This document shows positions 14,090 to 25,676 of a stretch of DNA of 64,000 nucleotides, in pieces. The notes beneath the pieces were generated by a model. That model saw nothing but the letters and a program-made list of their open reading frames with translations, was not told where the DNA came from and did not search any database. Numbering within the stretch: the stretch's first letter is position 1; each line of letters begins with the position of its first letter. Both the position numbers and the translations under genes were made by a program. Source of the DNA: Stegostoma tigrinum (taxonomy: Eukaryota); NCBI RefSeq assembly GCF_030684315.1, contig NC_081396.1:9415628-9479627 (forward strand). Direction: 5' to 3'.

Positions 14090-14600
14090 TCTAAAGTATT
14101 GTATGCAGTCTGCCTTCAATGTGAGAGGAGGGGTGTGATGACACTGAACGAGGTGTAAAGAAGATTTACCAGAATGCTGCCTGGGCTGGAGTTTTAATTA
14201 TGAAGAGAGAACGGACAGATGGTGTTGCTTTTCTTCAATTAGAGGAGTAGATTGAAATGTACACAATCACGAGGGCATAGATAGGGTGATAACGAAGATT
14301 TTTGTTTTCCCTGTGGTGGAGAAATGACCGATGGGTTGGTGGTATAGATTTAAAACAAGGGGATTTCGAGTGATCTAAATATTTTCACTCATTTGGTTGG
14401 TGGTTGGAATTTGGATCTCACTTCCTGTCATGGTGGTCGAGGCAAAAGTCTCATAAACATATAAGAGGTATTTAGATGTACACGTGTCATGCCAGGCCAT
14501 AAAAGGCTGCGAGTGAAGTACTGGAAAATGTGATTGTTTATGACTAGCCCAAAGTCAATGGGCGAGAGGCCTTTTGTGTTCCATATACCTCAATGACTCT
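14090..14600 (+). mobile_element. Old CR1 LINE 3' fragment
   Basis: Decayed RRFTRMLPGLE coding signature and a CR1-type 3' end. Confidence 0.7.
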
Positions 14601-17564
14601 ATAACTCGACATTGAAACGCTGTTGCATGGTCATGTGAAGAACCTCGTCTCACCATGGCATTCCACAAAAAGAAAATTGCTTTGGCAATGTTGAGAAATT
14701 AATCGTCCAGGTCCTCTCTCTACTGACAAATGTCTTGTAATTTTTAAGCCAGTTGACTATGTATTACCTGAGGTTCTTGAAAGTATCAGTTTAGATTCGG
14801 TTATCAGTTATAGACTGTGTCCCTGTTAATTTCAATACTGAGGATTAGTTTGTAACTTATGCCATTTAATGTCTACCTCATTGTTGTGCTATTTTGTTTG
14901 CATTTGAAATGTGCCCGTTTCTTTTTTTTTGCCTTCGGAATCCCATGATACTACATTGTTATCAAATTAGAACAGCTCATTTATAAGATGAATGAACATT
15001 TCAAATGGAAAGCCAATTTAATCAAATTTAATTGATCATTTAAGGCTGATAATTAAACCTCAAATATTAAAGTTACACCAGAAATCTGTTGCATCTGTAA
15101 CTAAATTACAGGTAGCAGAAATAATTTGCCTGAATTCACTGTGGCCTTATTAACGGATTTGCTTCATATCCTCTCTCCCGTTCTCTTTCCCTCTACTACA
15201 GCCAACGTGGTAGTGACTGTAATCCTGTCACAAAGAAGATGTAGTCTCTCAAGATGGGTCAATTGTTATCTACAGATCTCTTGGTGGTGGTTGCAGTTGT
15301 AATACTAAACAGGACTGCTGGAATTTATTTTCCATTCAGTTTCCTATCTATCACACCAATGTGCAGTCTACGTTCTGCCTTAAATTATGCAGCCCTTGAT
15401 GCTACTGCTTGGTTAACAGTCGCTTTCACATTTGACAGATTTGTGACCATTTTTGTCAGAATTTAAAAATAACACATTCCACTGAGAAAATGGCAGCATG
15501 GAACATAGGAATTATCTCTGCTGTGGCCTGTGTAAAAAATGCCTTCTTCTATATTCAATATGAACCAATGTACATGATTAACAACGCGCCCTGGTTCTGC
15601 AGCATAAAAGTAAGTGTTTATACATCATCTGCATGGCCTGCATATGACTGGATTGCAATTATTTTCACACCTTTACTTCCATTTATTCTGATTATACTTC
15701 TCAATGCTCTGACAGTCAGCCACATTCTAGTGGCCAATAGGTCCCGGGAGAGAATCCGATCCCAGAGCAATGCAGAGAGTCGGAGTGATCCAGGGATGGT
15801 GAAGCGGAGGAAGTCCATTGTCTTACTCTTCACTATCTCGGGTAGTTTTGTTCTGTTATATTTGTTTTGTTTTATTTGGATCCCATATGTCGGATTTGCA
15901 AATGTCATTTACACTTCAGTTTCCTACTACAGAAATTCTACATTTATCATTCAAGAAACTGGATTTTTGCTTCAGTTATTAAGTTCCTGAAACAACCACT
16001 TTACTTATGCTGGCACCCAGAGTAATTTCAGAGCAGAGTTATGAAATGGGTTGAAATATCCAATGAACCTCTGCATTAAAGTATTTAAAATATCAAAAGT
16101 AGCATCATTTAACATGACATTTATATTTTCGTATGCCCTTTTCCACCTCATGGCACATGTAGATCTCTTTCACTCGATATTCTATTTCATGTGACAATTT
16201 AAAAGCTAATAAAAACAAATAAAGAACTGTGCTTTAAAATATCAATCAAAAACTATTCTTGTTCAGTTTCTAGCCCTACTGAATTTTGTTTACTTTCACA
16301 TAATGCCTTTCCTCAAAGGAGTTCAAGGATGCAAATTGTTTGGGATGAAAAAGGAGTAATCATTGAGAGTCACTGAAAAGGATAAAAGCAATTATACATT
16401 CTTATTTCCTGAAACAGGACAGACTCCTGGAATAGTACATGACCTGGTTAGCTGATACCATGATACACAGCTATGTACAGTCCCTTGGTGCTGAACCAGG
16501 TGTGAGGGAATTTCAGCCGTGATCATGCCTCCAGAGGTATGTTATTATTCTCATGTGGCTGTTCACCCATAATTCCAACAGTTTTCCGAAGGAATGGCCT
16601 CAGGTTTTGTTGTCCTTTCGAACTGTTCCAATCAGTCTCTGCTGCTCTCATTGGATTCTAATACTGTTACGCTCCCATTGTTTTCACAACGAACAAAGTG
16701 AGTGGATTCACCTGGTTGGAAGTTGCGGTGAAAGTTTCATAGCTCACCCCGTGTGCTGTATCCCCTCATTATATACGGGTAGACGGTTTCATTGTTTTAC
16801 TGCTCTTGTTCATCTCCTGAAAATAGCGAGCAGTGTAATACAACACCAGGCAGAACAGGCAATATCCCCACAGATGATAGCCAGTGTGCACACTTTCTGA
16901 TTGCTATTCTGAGTACTCAACACTTGGAGGCTTGCCTAACCCGACATGCACACATGAACACCACGATCCGAGCTACAGAGAGTGCCACCCTATCCCATCC
17001 ATTATAATATTTACTTTCTGGGTCCTCAACACGAGTCTGACCATGTGATTTTGCACAGCATACCTACCCAGAACACAGCATTAACATTCAGATTTTTTAA
17101 AAGTTTAACTGCAAATTGTTTGATGACTAATTAATTCTGTGGCTCTTTTGTGAAGGGAAGAATGGGTGAAAGTTTTTAATTTATTAGCGCTCTAAAATTC
17201 TACAGACTTCAAAGAATTTGTCAAGTGAGGGAATGATTTTCTAGTGAAGAATTATAGCCCATTTATGATTCCTATGATGTTATTTACTCATCAATTAATT
17301 TTGTATATCCCTCCAAACACTTTGGAAGTCATAGGATATTCAGAAAATAGTTCTCAAATGGGGTGGATTATCGACTGAGAGTAATTGTTAAAATTATTTA
17401 AACTTTGAAAATCGAGGCAGCTAACATAAACTGAATGTCATGTCCGAAAATGAATTCTGCAAGATAGCCCCAGTTCCCCTCCTAATTAAATCCAAAGCTT
17501 TGCTACCACGATGCATACTCTTTTTAAAAAAAATCTTACCCAGTTCTTCATCTTAACCCATGCC

Positions 17565-18650
17565 ACACACACTTTACCTGCAATAACCGCCCAAAGAGAA
17601 TCACCCTCGTCCTCACAGACCACTTCACAAACCTCAGGACACAATACATCACCCTCCGACACTTCCACCACCTGCAATAGGACCTCACCGCCAAAGATAT
17701 TTTTCCATCCCAACCCTTGCCTGCCTCCTGGAAAGATGACTCTCTCCGGGACTCCCCTGTCCTCCCCAAGCCCACGACACCCGGCACTTTCCCCTGCAAC
17801 CAACGGAAGTGCTACACTTGCACCACCTCCTCCCACCCCCACATCCCAGGCCCCAGGATGACGTTCCACATCAAGCAGATGTTCACCTGCACAAATGTCA
17901 ATGTGGTATACGCATCCGCTGTACACATTGTGGCTTCCTCTACACTGGGTAAACCAAGCAGAGGCTTAGGGGCCGCTTTGCAGTACACCAATGCTTGGTT
18001 CACAACAAACAACTGCACCTCCCAGTTGTGAACCATTTCAACTCCCCCTCGCATTCCTTTGACGACATGTCGATCCTGGGCATCCTGCAGTGCAACAATG
18101 ATGCCACCTGAAGGTTGCAGGAACAACAACTCATATTACGCTTGGGAACCTTGCAGCCCAATGTTATCAATGTAGATTTCACAAGTTTCGAAATCTCCCC
18201 TCCCCCCACTGCATCCCAAAACCAGCCCAGCTCGACCCCACCTCCCTAACCTCTTCTCCTTCTCACCTATCCTCTCCTCCCACCTCAAGCCACGCCTCCA
18301 TTCCCTACTTCCTAAACTCATCCGCCCCCTTAACATGTCCATCCTCCCTGGGCTGACCTATCCGCACCCTACCTCCCCACCTATACTCACCTCTACAGTC
18401 TCCATTCCCAAACCCTTAACTTGTTTGTCTCCTCTCCACCTATCTTCTCCTCTATTCATCTTCAATTGACCTCCCCCTCTCTCTCTATTTATTTCAGATC
18501 CCTCTCCCCATCCCCGTTTTCTGAAAAGGGTCTAAGCCTGAAAGGTAAGCTTTTGTACTCCGAAGATGTTGCTTGACCTGCTGTGTTCATCCAGCTCCAC
18601 ACTTTGTTGTCTCGGATTCTCCAGCATCTGCAGCTCCCATTATCGCTGAT
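17565..18650 (+). mobile_element. Penelope-like retroelement 3' part (GIY-YIG endonuclease region plus terminal repeat)
   Basis: PGTFPCNQRKCYTC...FHIKQMFTCTNVNVVY followed by a decayed GIY-YIG stretch (GFLYTG*TKQRLRGRF). The end is shared with the many palindromic short repeats in the window. Confidence 0.8.
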
Positions 18651-21280
18651 ACAATTATCCATGACTCGGTTTCCAAGAACAGGGGAGGCCTTTATCGTGG
18701 CCAATGATTAACCTTCAGTGTCACAAGACATGTGTATCTTTTCATGATCACGTGATTAGTTTGGGCCTGCTTGATGTGCAAATATGTTTGACCACATTTC
18801 CGACATCAATACAATGACTTTTCAAAATAATTTTCAACTATGAAGAGCATTCTAGGACATGGGATGGTCGGAAAAGGCTCCATGCAGTTGGTTTTCACAT
18901 TCCAAGTTTCCACAATGCTCAAGATATTCTTTAACATTTAACTAATCCACTGAATATACTACATCTTCCATCAAAAATATTTCCCTCTTTGCCCTTCGAT
19001 CTGGCTGAATTTATTTTATTCATGTATTCGATGACACAAATTCTCATTGAGATTTATGACAACAACAAAAGGAAAATAAATCAGGATGTGAACTTTTGCT
19101 TTCGCCAATATTTGAAGAGGCTGGAGGGTCTTCTTTTAAGGATCTTCTTTTTAAGGATCTTCTTGATCAACAGTTATTTATTTTCCTGACATAAATCAGG
19201 TGGAGGTGAGAAACTGCTGTTGCAACCGGAAATGCACCTCTCTAGTACTCACACACCCTTGAACCACAATCTTCACTGTTACCTTACAGCAGCAGCGAGA
19301 TACTCCCCCTGACAAGTTGGTATCAATGTAACATCAAAGTTTTTAAAATAGATACACACGTTAGGGTTTTTTTTTCTCCCTGGCGGAAAACTGATATGTG
19401 ACATGGTGAACCGTTCCATCCATATCTAAAACCAAGTTACAGTGATTAAGTCCCAGAGTGAGGAAGAAGAAAAACAAAGTGAAACACGCATTGTCATGAG
19501 CAGATGGTAACTGATAATATAACGGAAATTTCCAGGCAAACAAAACTGTGTAATGCATGGCCATTGTTTATCTCCTGTGAAATCCATACAGAAAACCAGC
19601 GGGCTTGATGTCTGTCACGGATCTAACACAATGAGAAGCATGATTTAATAGGTGCAAAATGTTTCCTGCAAGGAAGCAATTTCCACTTCATCGGTGTGTT
19701 AAAAATTGTGCAACAAGTTTCTGGGATTTTCTTGTCATTTAAATAAAAATAAGAAGGACCACTTTTAATTTGCTTTTCATAGATAGTAGGAACTGCAGAT
19801 GCTGGAGAATCTGAGATAACAAGCTGTAGATCTGGATGAACACAGCAGGTCAAGCAGCAGCAGAGGAACAGGAAAGCTGACGTTTCATGTGTAGGCACTT
19901 CTTCAGCTTTCCTGCTCCTATGATCCTGCTTGGCCTGCTGTGTTCATCCAGCTCTAGACCCTGTTATCTAAAACTGCTTTCCATGATCGTTGTAACTTTA
20001 TAGTTACGCCGACTATTGCAGCGGCAATAGAAAACAAATAAAAACTAGGTGCAGGATGAAGCAGTTCAGCAAATTGAACCTGCTCTGTCAGTTGATCCGT
20101 AAAGACTGAGCTTATTGAAGCCTTCACCTTCCTACCACACCCCATACCACTTTAAATACTAAAATTTAAAAGTAAGTCTGTCTCCTCCCGATGATAACTC
20201 AATGTCCTGTCGTCCATCGCATGCTGGAGTCAGTGAAGATTCACAATACTCTTTGAAGGAAGTAATTACTCCACAAACTCCACTTTAAATCTTCTACCCT
20301 TGTGATAAAGTTGTCATTACAATTTTAATTATTCATCGGTCCAAGTAATGCTGTTGGAACAGTGACTTTTCTATTGGTTGGAGGTTGTTGCTTTACTCAT
20401 GTCCCCCAAAGCAGTGAGCATTGTGGCGCCTGAGCGTGGCTATTGAGAGGAGAGATAGCAGAAACTGCCAATGCTGGAGCATCTGAGATAACAAGGTGTA
20501 GATCTGGATGAACACAGCAGGCCGGGCAGCATCAGCAGAGCAGAAAAGCTGACATTTCAGGTCTGGACCCAACTTAGGAGGATCCATGTCTCTCAAGATG
20601 AAATTTCAGCGATTATCTTGTGCCATTTTCTAGTTGTCACGTGTGAAATAGCAGTTCGTGGAAACTACAATGAATTCATTCCGCATTATTCCCATGCTTG
20701 CGTTACATAATACAGATAGTTAGTTATTTGGGTATTGATTTTAGATCATTTGTGAAAAGCACCAAACTTCTAAAAAGTGGTTTGTTCGTGACTTTGATTT
20801 TCGTTTGTTACTGGTCGTGGTCAGACAATCTCTGCAAAGCTATAATTTCTGAAAGTGACGAGGGCAGAAGGAAGCATTGTAGCTTTTGACTGCAACTATA
20901 TCACCATTTTTATTCTGCTGATTGTGGACCTAGTATGGAGCATCGAACCAGATGTATAGAATAAAAGATAGTCCTGCTGGGAACCCTTTTGTGCCCTTTA
21001 TCCAGTTAGTGCTAGGTGCTTCGAATGGTATCTTCAGTTTAATGGTTTTAGAAACGTAAAAACATAGGAAATAGGATATGGGGAGGTCATTTGGACCTTC
21101 GAGCCTGCTCCTCCATTCTTCACCATCATGCTTGATCGTCCAACTCAGTGGCTTAATCCTGCTTTCTCCATATATCCTTTGATCCCATTCACCCCATGTG
21201 CTATATCTTGTTGCCCCTTCAATGCATTCAATGTTTTAGCATCAACTACTTCCTGTGGTAATGGATTCCACGAGCTCACC
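18651..21280 (+). repeat. Segmental duplication unit B1, paralogous to B2
   Basis: 18651-19500~24133-24965 and 20575-21280~24975-25676. Confidence 0.85.
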
Positions 21281-21680
21281 ACTCCTTGTGTTGAAGAATT
21301 GTGACCTCATCTTCAGTCTCAGTCGTCTACCCCGAATCTTCGTGGTGTGAACACTGGTTCTGGACACACCCACTATCAGGAACATTCTTTCTGTGTCTAC
21401 CCTGTCCAGATCTGTTAATATTTTATAAGTGCCTATGAGATTCCCACCTCATTCTTCTGAACTCTAGCAAAAACAATCCCAACCTAGTTATTTTTTCATT
21501 AGTCAGGCCCGCCATCCCTGTAATCAGCCTGGTAAATCTTTGCTGCACTCCCTCCAGAAAAGAGCATCCTTTCTCAGCAAAAGCGACCAAAACTGCACAC
21601 AACATTCCAGGTGTGGCCACAACATGGCCATGTATAACTGCAACAACACATTCCTATTCCTGTCCTCAAGTTGCGGCCAA
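21050..21680 (-). mobile_element. CR1 LINE 3' fragment
   Basis: LEGVQQRFTRLITGMAGL...LGLFLLEFRRMR. Shorter paralogous copy at ~25440-25676. Confidence 0.8.
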
Positions 21681-21969
21681 TGCAGTTAATTTTATCAGCC
21701 ACAGGAACTATTTGTGCTCTCTGAAACTGACTTGTCTAGTCATTGTTACTTGGCAATTAACCTTAAATCAGGTGCTGCACTCTCTGTATGAGAGGAACAG
21801 CACTCCATATTCGGTGTGATGTAAGTGGCAGAGGATAAAGTCAGGAGAACATATTAAAATATACTGTTTTCCAACTGAGTACAGATCCCCATCACACCAA
21901 CAGCTGTAGGTGACCCACAGGCGGGTTTGGCTCAATTTGTATTGGTAGCCAGTGTCAAGGTGAAATTTG

Positions 21970-23731
21970 TTTTCTTCAGAGGGTCAGGGTAGAATCAGTG
22001 GGCCGAATAGCCTCTTTCTGCACTGTCGGTATTGTATGAAGTAGTGGACGTCAAACCTTACTTGTGTGCAGCTCTTTGATTAATATCTTTACTACCTTGT
22101 TGAATTCTGTACACCACACTCCAGCAATCTATTTTTTTTTTGCACATCACTAACTTTAAAAACAATAATGGGAATGCAGTGTTAACTTATGAGCAGAAAG
22201 GCACGCAAAGGATGATGAGTTGTGGAATCTCTCATGACTAAAGCGCGTCTAATTCGAGAATGATGGGGATATTATGTACAGTGGTTTCGGATGTGCAGAG
22301 CAGAAACAGGCAGATCATCTAAAAAGAGAAATTGTGGAGCTGATTATGTTAAACAGGACCTTGCACTCAAATTTCTTCAGCTATCTTACAGTTACCCGAA
22401 CTCTTCTGGCATCCTGCATAATTTGAAACACCTTCCTTGAATTGATTTTACGAAACTGTACAGTAATCAGGAGACATTCCATTGTAAACTTCTCCAGTAG
22501 AGAGACATATGCACTTCCACATTTCGGTTCGGTTTAAACTCAAGTCATGAGAGATTTCTGAAGCAGGGTTCTGACCCGAAACGTCAGTTTTCCTGCTCCT
22601 CTGATGCTGCCTGGGCTGCTGTGTTCCTCCAATTCCACACTGTGTTATCTCTGACTCCAGCATCGGCAGTTCTTACTGTCTCTGAGTAAAAATAGCAGCA
22701 TCTTTAATGAAAGCAGAACTGTTTACATAGCTGCAATGTTTTACACCCTCGCCTCAGTATAAGAGCCCTGCTCTTTTGTTGTTTTCCAATAGATATATGC
22801 GGAGTTCTTTGCTTGGCTGAGAGTGATCTTGATCAGCTGCATCGTCATTACATTAAGATTCCTTTGTTCTTTGCCCTCCTAATATTGATATTTTTCAAGG
22901 AGCATGTGATCTCTATATACTGAAAAATGACCATGTATCAGTTCATCCCGATAAATATTGTAAATAATTTGAATTATTTTTTTGAAAAGTCTAGAATTAA
23001 GAGTCTAGTCATAACCATGAATTCATCGTCGATTATCAGAAAATCCAATCTGGTTCACGAATATCTGTTAGGGAAGGCAACTGGCATCATTACCTGGTCC
23101 GGGATAGATACGACTCCAGACTCATAGCAATGTGGTTGACTCTTAAGTGCCCTCTGGTCAATGAAGGATGGGCAACACTTGCTGACCTCATCAGTGACAC
23201 CCTCATCTTGTGAATATTGTTTTTAAATCGCCAATTGCTGGCCCATTTTTTACGATGATTATTTGTTGCATTTTGGCAAATTTCTATCTTAGCTTAGAAA
23301 ATATACATCTCGGGATTTTGCAGAGTGGGTGCGAGGTGCAAATCAACTGTGAATGAATTAAATTTGGAGCAGGTCTGAGAAGGTGGAAGTTACATACACG
23401 CTCCTGTATTTCTGGGATATAAATGTAAAATGACGCGAGTTTCATTTTTGCTGTATCCGCCGGTCACATTGTATATTTACAGGTGAAGAGAGAGTTGTGC
23501 AATCATTCCCATCTCAGGCTCCGAGTGAACGGAAGACCGTATCAATACATTGCCACCCAACCATCTCATTCTCTGCGGTATGCTGGTTCATGCAATCTCT
23601 GAATCACAGCCAAAAGATATTGGTCATGGTGACGAGAAGCAAAACTGTGAATAATGGCAGATTTAGAGCTGTCAGTCGAAGTGATAATATCGAGCTTACA
23701 TCTAACAGACGCCAGAACCTACTTTTGTGCC
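21970..23731 (+). repeat. Partial duplication unit A2, ending at the V coding end
   Basis: Collinear with ~3740-5495 and ~27130-29206. Similarity stops after TAC TTT TGT GCC. Confidence 0.88.
23430..23731 (+). pseudogene. TCR alpha/delta-like V pseudogene (V2), no RSS
   Basis: ATG ACG CGA GTT... leader with a 1-nt insertion, then QSFPSQAPSERKTVSIHC...VCWFMQ...GRFRAVSRS, a 20-nt deletion near 23684, and TYFCA. No heptamer follows. Confidence 0.82.
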
Positions 23732-24132
23732 AATGCTGCACTCAACCAATCATTGCAGTGTTACTTCACGCCACCGACTGCAGCCCTTCATTCAGCTGAA
23801 ATCCCCGGACCTCTGGGATTCCACCTTTAAATATTATTGTCTGTCCATTTGTCTGTGTTCTTTGTGACCCACCATCTTGAGAAATCGGATCAGGTGAAGA
23901 AGCATGTTACCACCCACCATAGCATACATTTAACCTTCAGCCGAGGCTCAGGTGAGAGTAACCCGCCCTGTAATAACAGATTCTGAAATCAACTGCTATT
24001 CCTGGATGTAATCGTGGAAAATCTACGTTCAATATTCCAGTGCACTAGCGATGATGTGCAGCACTGATGGAGATGCTCTGTTTAGGGGGAGGCAGTAAAA
24101 GAAATAACCATCTGGACTCCCGTCACGAGGCA

Positions 24133-25676
24133 TAATTATCCAATAACACAGTTGCCAAGAACAGAGGAGGTCTTTGTCCTGGCCAGTGTTTAACCTTCAG
24201 GCAGTGTCACAAGACATGCACATCTTTTCATGATCACGGTAATGCTTTGGGGCTGCTTGATGTGTAAGTATGTTTGACCACATTTCCTACATCACAACAA
24301 TGACTAGACTTTAACACAACGCTTTCATCTGTAAGGGAAAATTTAGGATGTGGGATGGTAGGAAAAGGCTGCATGCAGTTTTCTGTTCACATTGCAGATC
24401 TCCGCAATGCTCAAGATGTTCTTTCAGGTTCAATTAGTCCAAAGAATATTTTACATTTTCCATTAAAATATTTTCCTCTTTGCACTTCGATCTGACAATT
24501 TATTTTATTCATGTTTTCGATTATACAAAACCAAATTGACATTTATGACAACAACAAAAGTAAAATGAGTGAGGGTGTGAACCTTTGCTCACACCATTTC
24601 TTGAAGTGGTTGGAACATCTTTTAAGAATCTTCTTGATCAACAGTCATTTATTTTCCTGACGGGCCAGTTGGAGGTGAGAAATCGCCCTTGGAACCTGAA
24701 ATGCACCTGACTTGTACTCACACACCCTTGAACCACAATGGTCACTGTTACCTTACAGCAGCAGCGAGAAACTCCCCCTGACGAGTTGGTTTCAAAGTAA
24801 CATCAAAGTTTTCAAAGTACATACTCTCGTTATGGTTCTCTTTTTTTCTCCCTGGTGGAAAACTTATATGCAATTAGTGAACAGTTCCATCTGTATCTAA
24901 AACAAAGTTACAGGTATGAGTACCAGAGAAAGGAAGAATAAAAACAACCGGAAACACCCATTCTCACGACCCTTTGGAGGATCCATCCCTCGAGACAAAA
25001 TTTCAGCAATTACCTTGTGTCAGTTTCTACTTACCACTTGTTTTATAGTAGTTAATAGAAGCTACAATGAATTCATTCGGCATTATTCCCATGCTTGGAT
25101 TACAGGTAGTTAGTTATTTGGGCTATTGATTTTAGATCATTTGAGAAAAAACACCAAATATCTAAAAAGTGTTTGTTTGTGACTTTGATTTTCATTTAAT
25201 ACTGGTCGTGGTCAGAGAATCTCTGCGAAGCAATGATTTATGAAAGGGGCTAGGGCAGAACGAAGCATTGTAACTTTCGACTGCAACTATATCACTATTT
25301 TTATTCCGCTGATTGTGGACCCAATATGAAGCATCGGACCAGAGGTATAGAATTAAAGATAGTTCTGCTGGGAGCCTTTTAGTGTCCTTTATCCCTTTAG
25401 TGTTCGGTGCTTCGAGTGCTGTCTTCAGGTTGGTAGTCGTAGAAACAAAAAAACATAGGAAATAGGAGCAGGAGGCGGCCATTCGGCCCTTCCAGCCTGT
25501 TTCTCCATTCTTCATCATCATTGTTGATCGTCCAAATCAGTGGCCTGATCCTGCTTTCTCCATATAACCTTTATTCCCATTCGCCCCATCTGCTATATAT
25601 AATTGCCTCTTGAATATATTTAATGTTTTGGCATCAACTACTTCCTGTGGTAATAGATTCCACAGGCTCACCACTC
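24133..25676 (+). repeat. Segmental duplication unit B2
   Basis: Paralogous to B1 but lacking ~19500-20575. Confidence 0.85.

Larger units (their letters stand above)
8765..16095 (+). pseudogene. GPR139-like class A GPCR pseudogene (exon 1 8765-8834; exon 2 from 15202)
   Basis: Exon 1 reads MHAILTAPVFNV*YPVLAAFGVP|gt (TAA at 8801). Exon 2 follows ctacag, contains AFTFDRFV, and has a deletion near 15270, frameshifts and a TGA at 15988. Close paralogue of the intact gene at 32717-36848. Confidence 0.88.
2100..17560 (+). repeat. Segmental duplication unit A1 (V segment + GPCR cassette), paralogous to A3
   Basis: Collinear similarity by eye: 2100-2174~25681-25754, 5175-5540~28587-29250, 8765-8834~32717-32786, 15202-16120~35938-36875, 16120-17560~38395-39770. 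The copies differ by copy-specific TE insertions and deletions. Confidence 0.9.

Noticed and set aside
23920-23968. J-like string LTFSRG..TQVRVT ~200 bp after V2
   Set aside because: It needs a 2-nt frameshift, lacks FGxG, and has no RSS and no properly placed splice donor.
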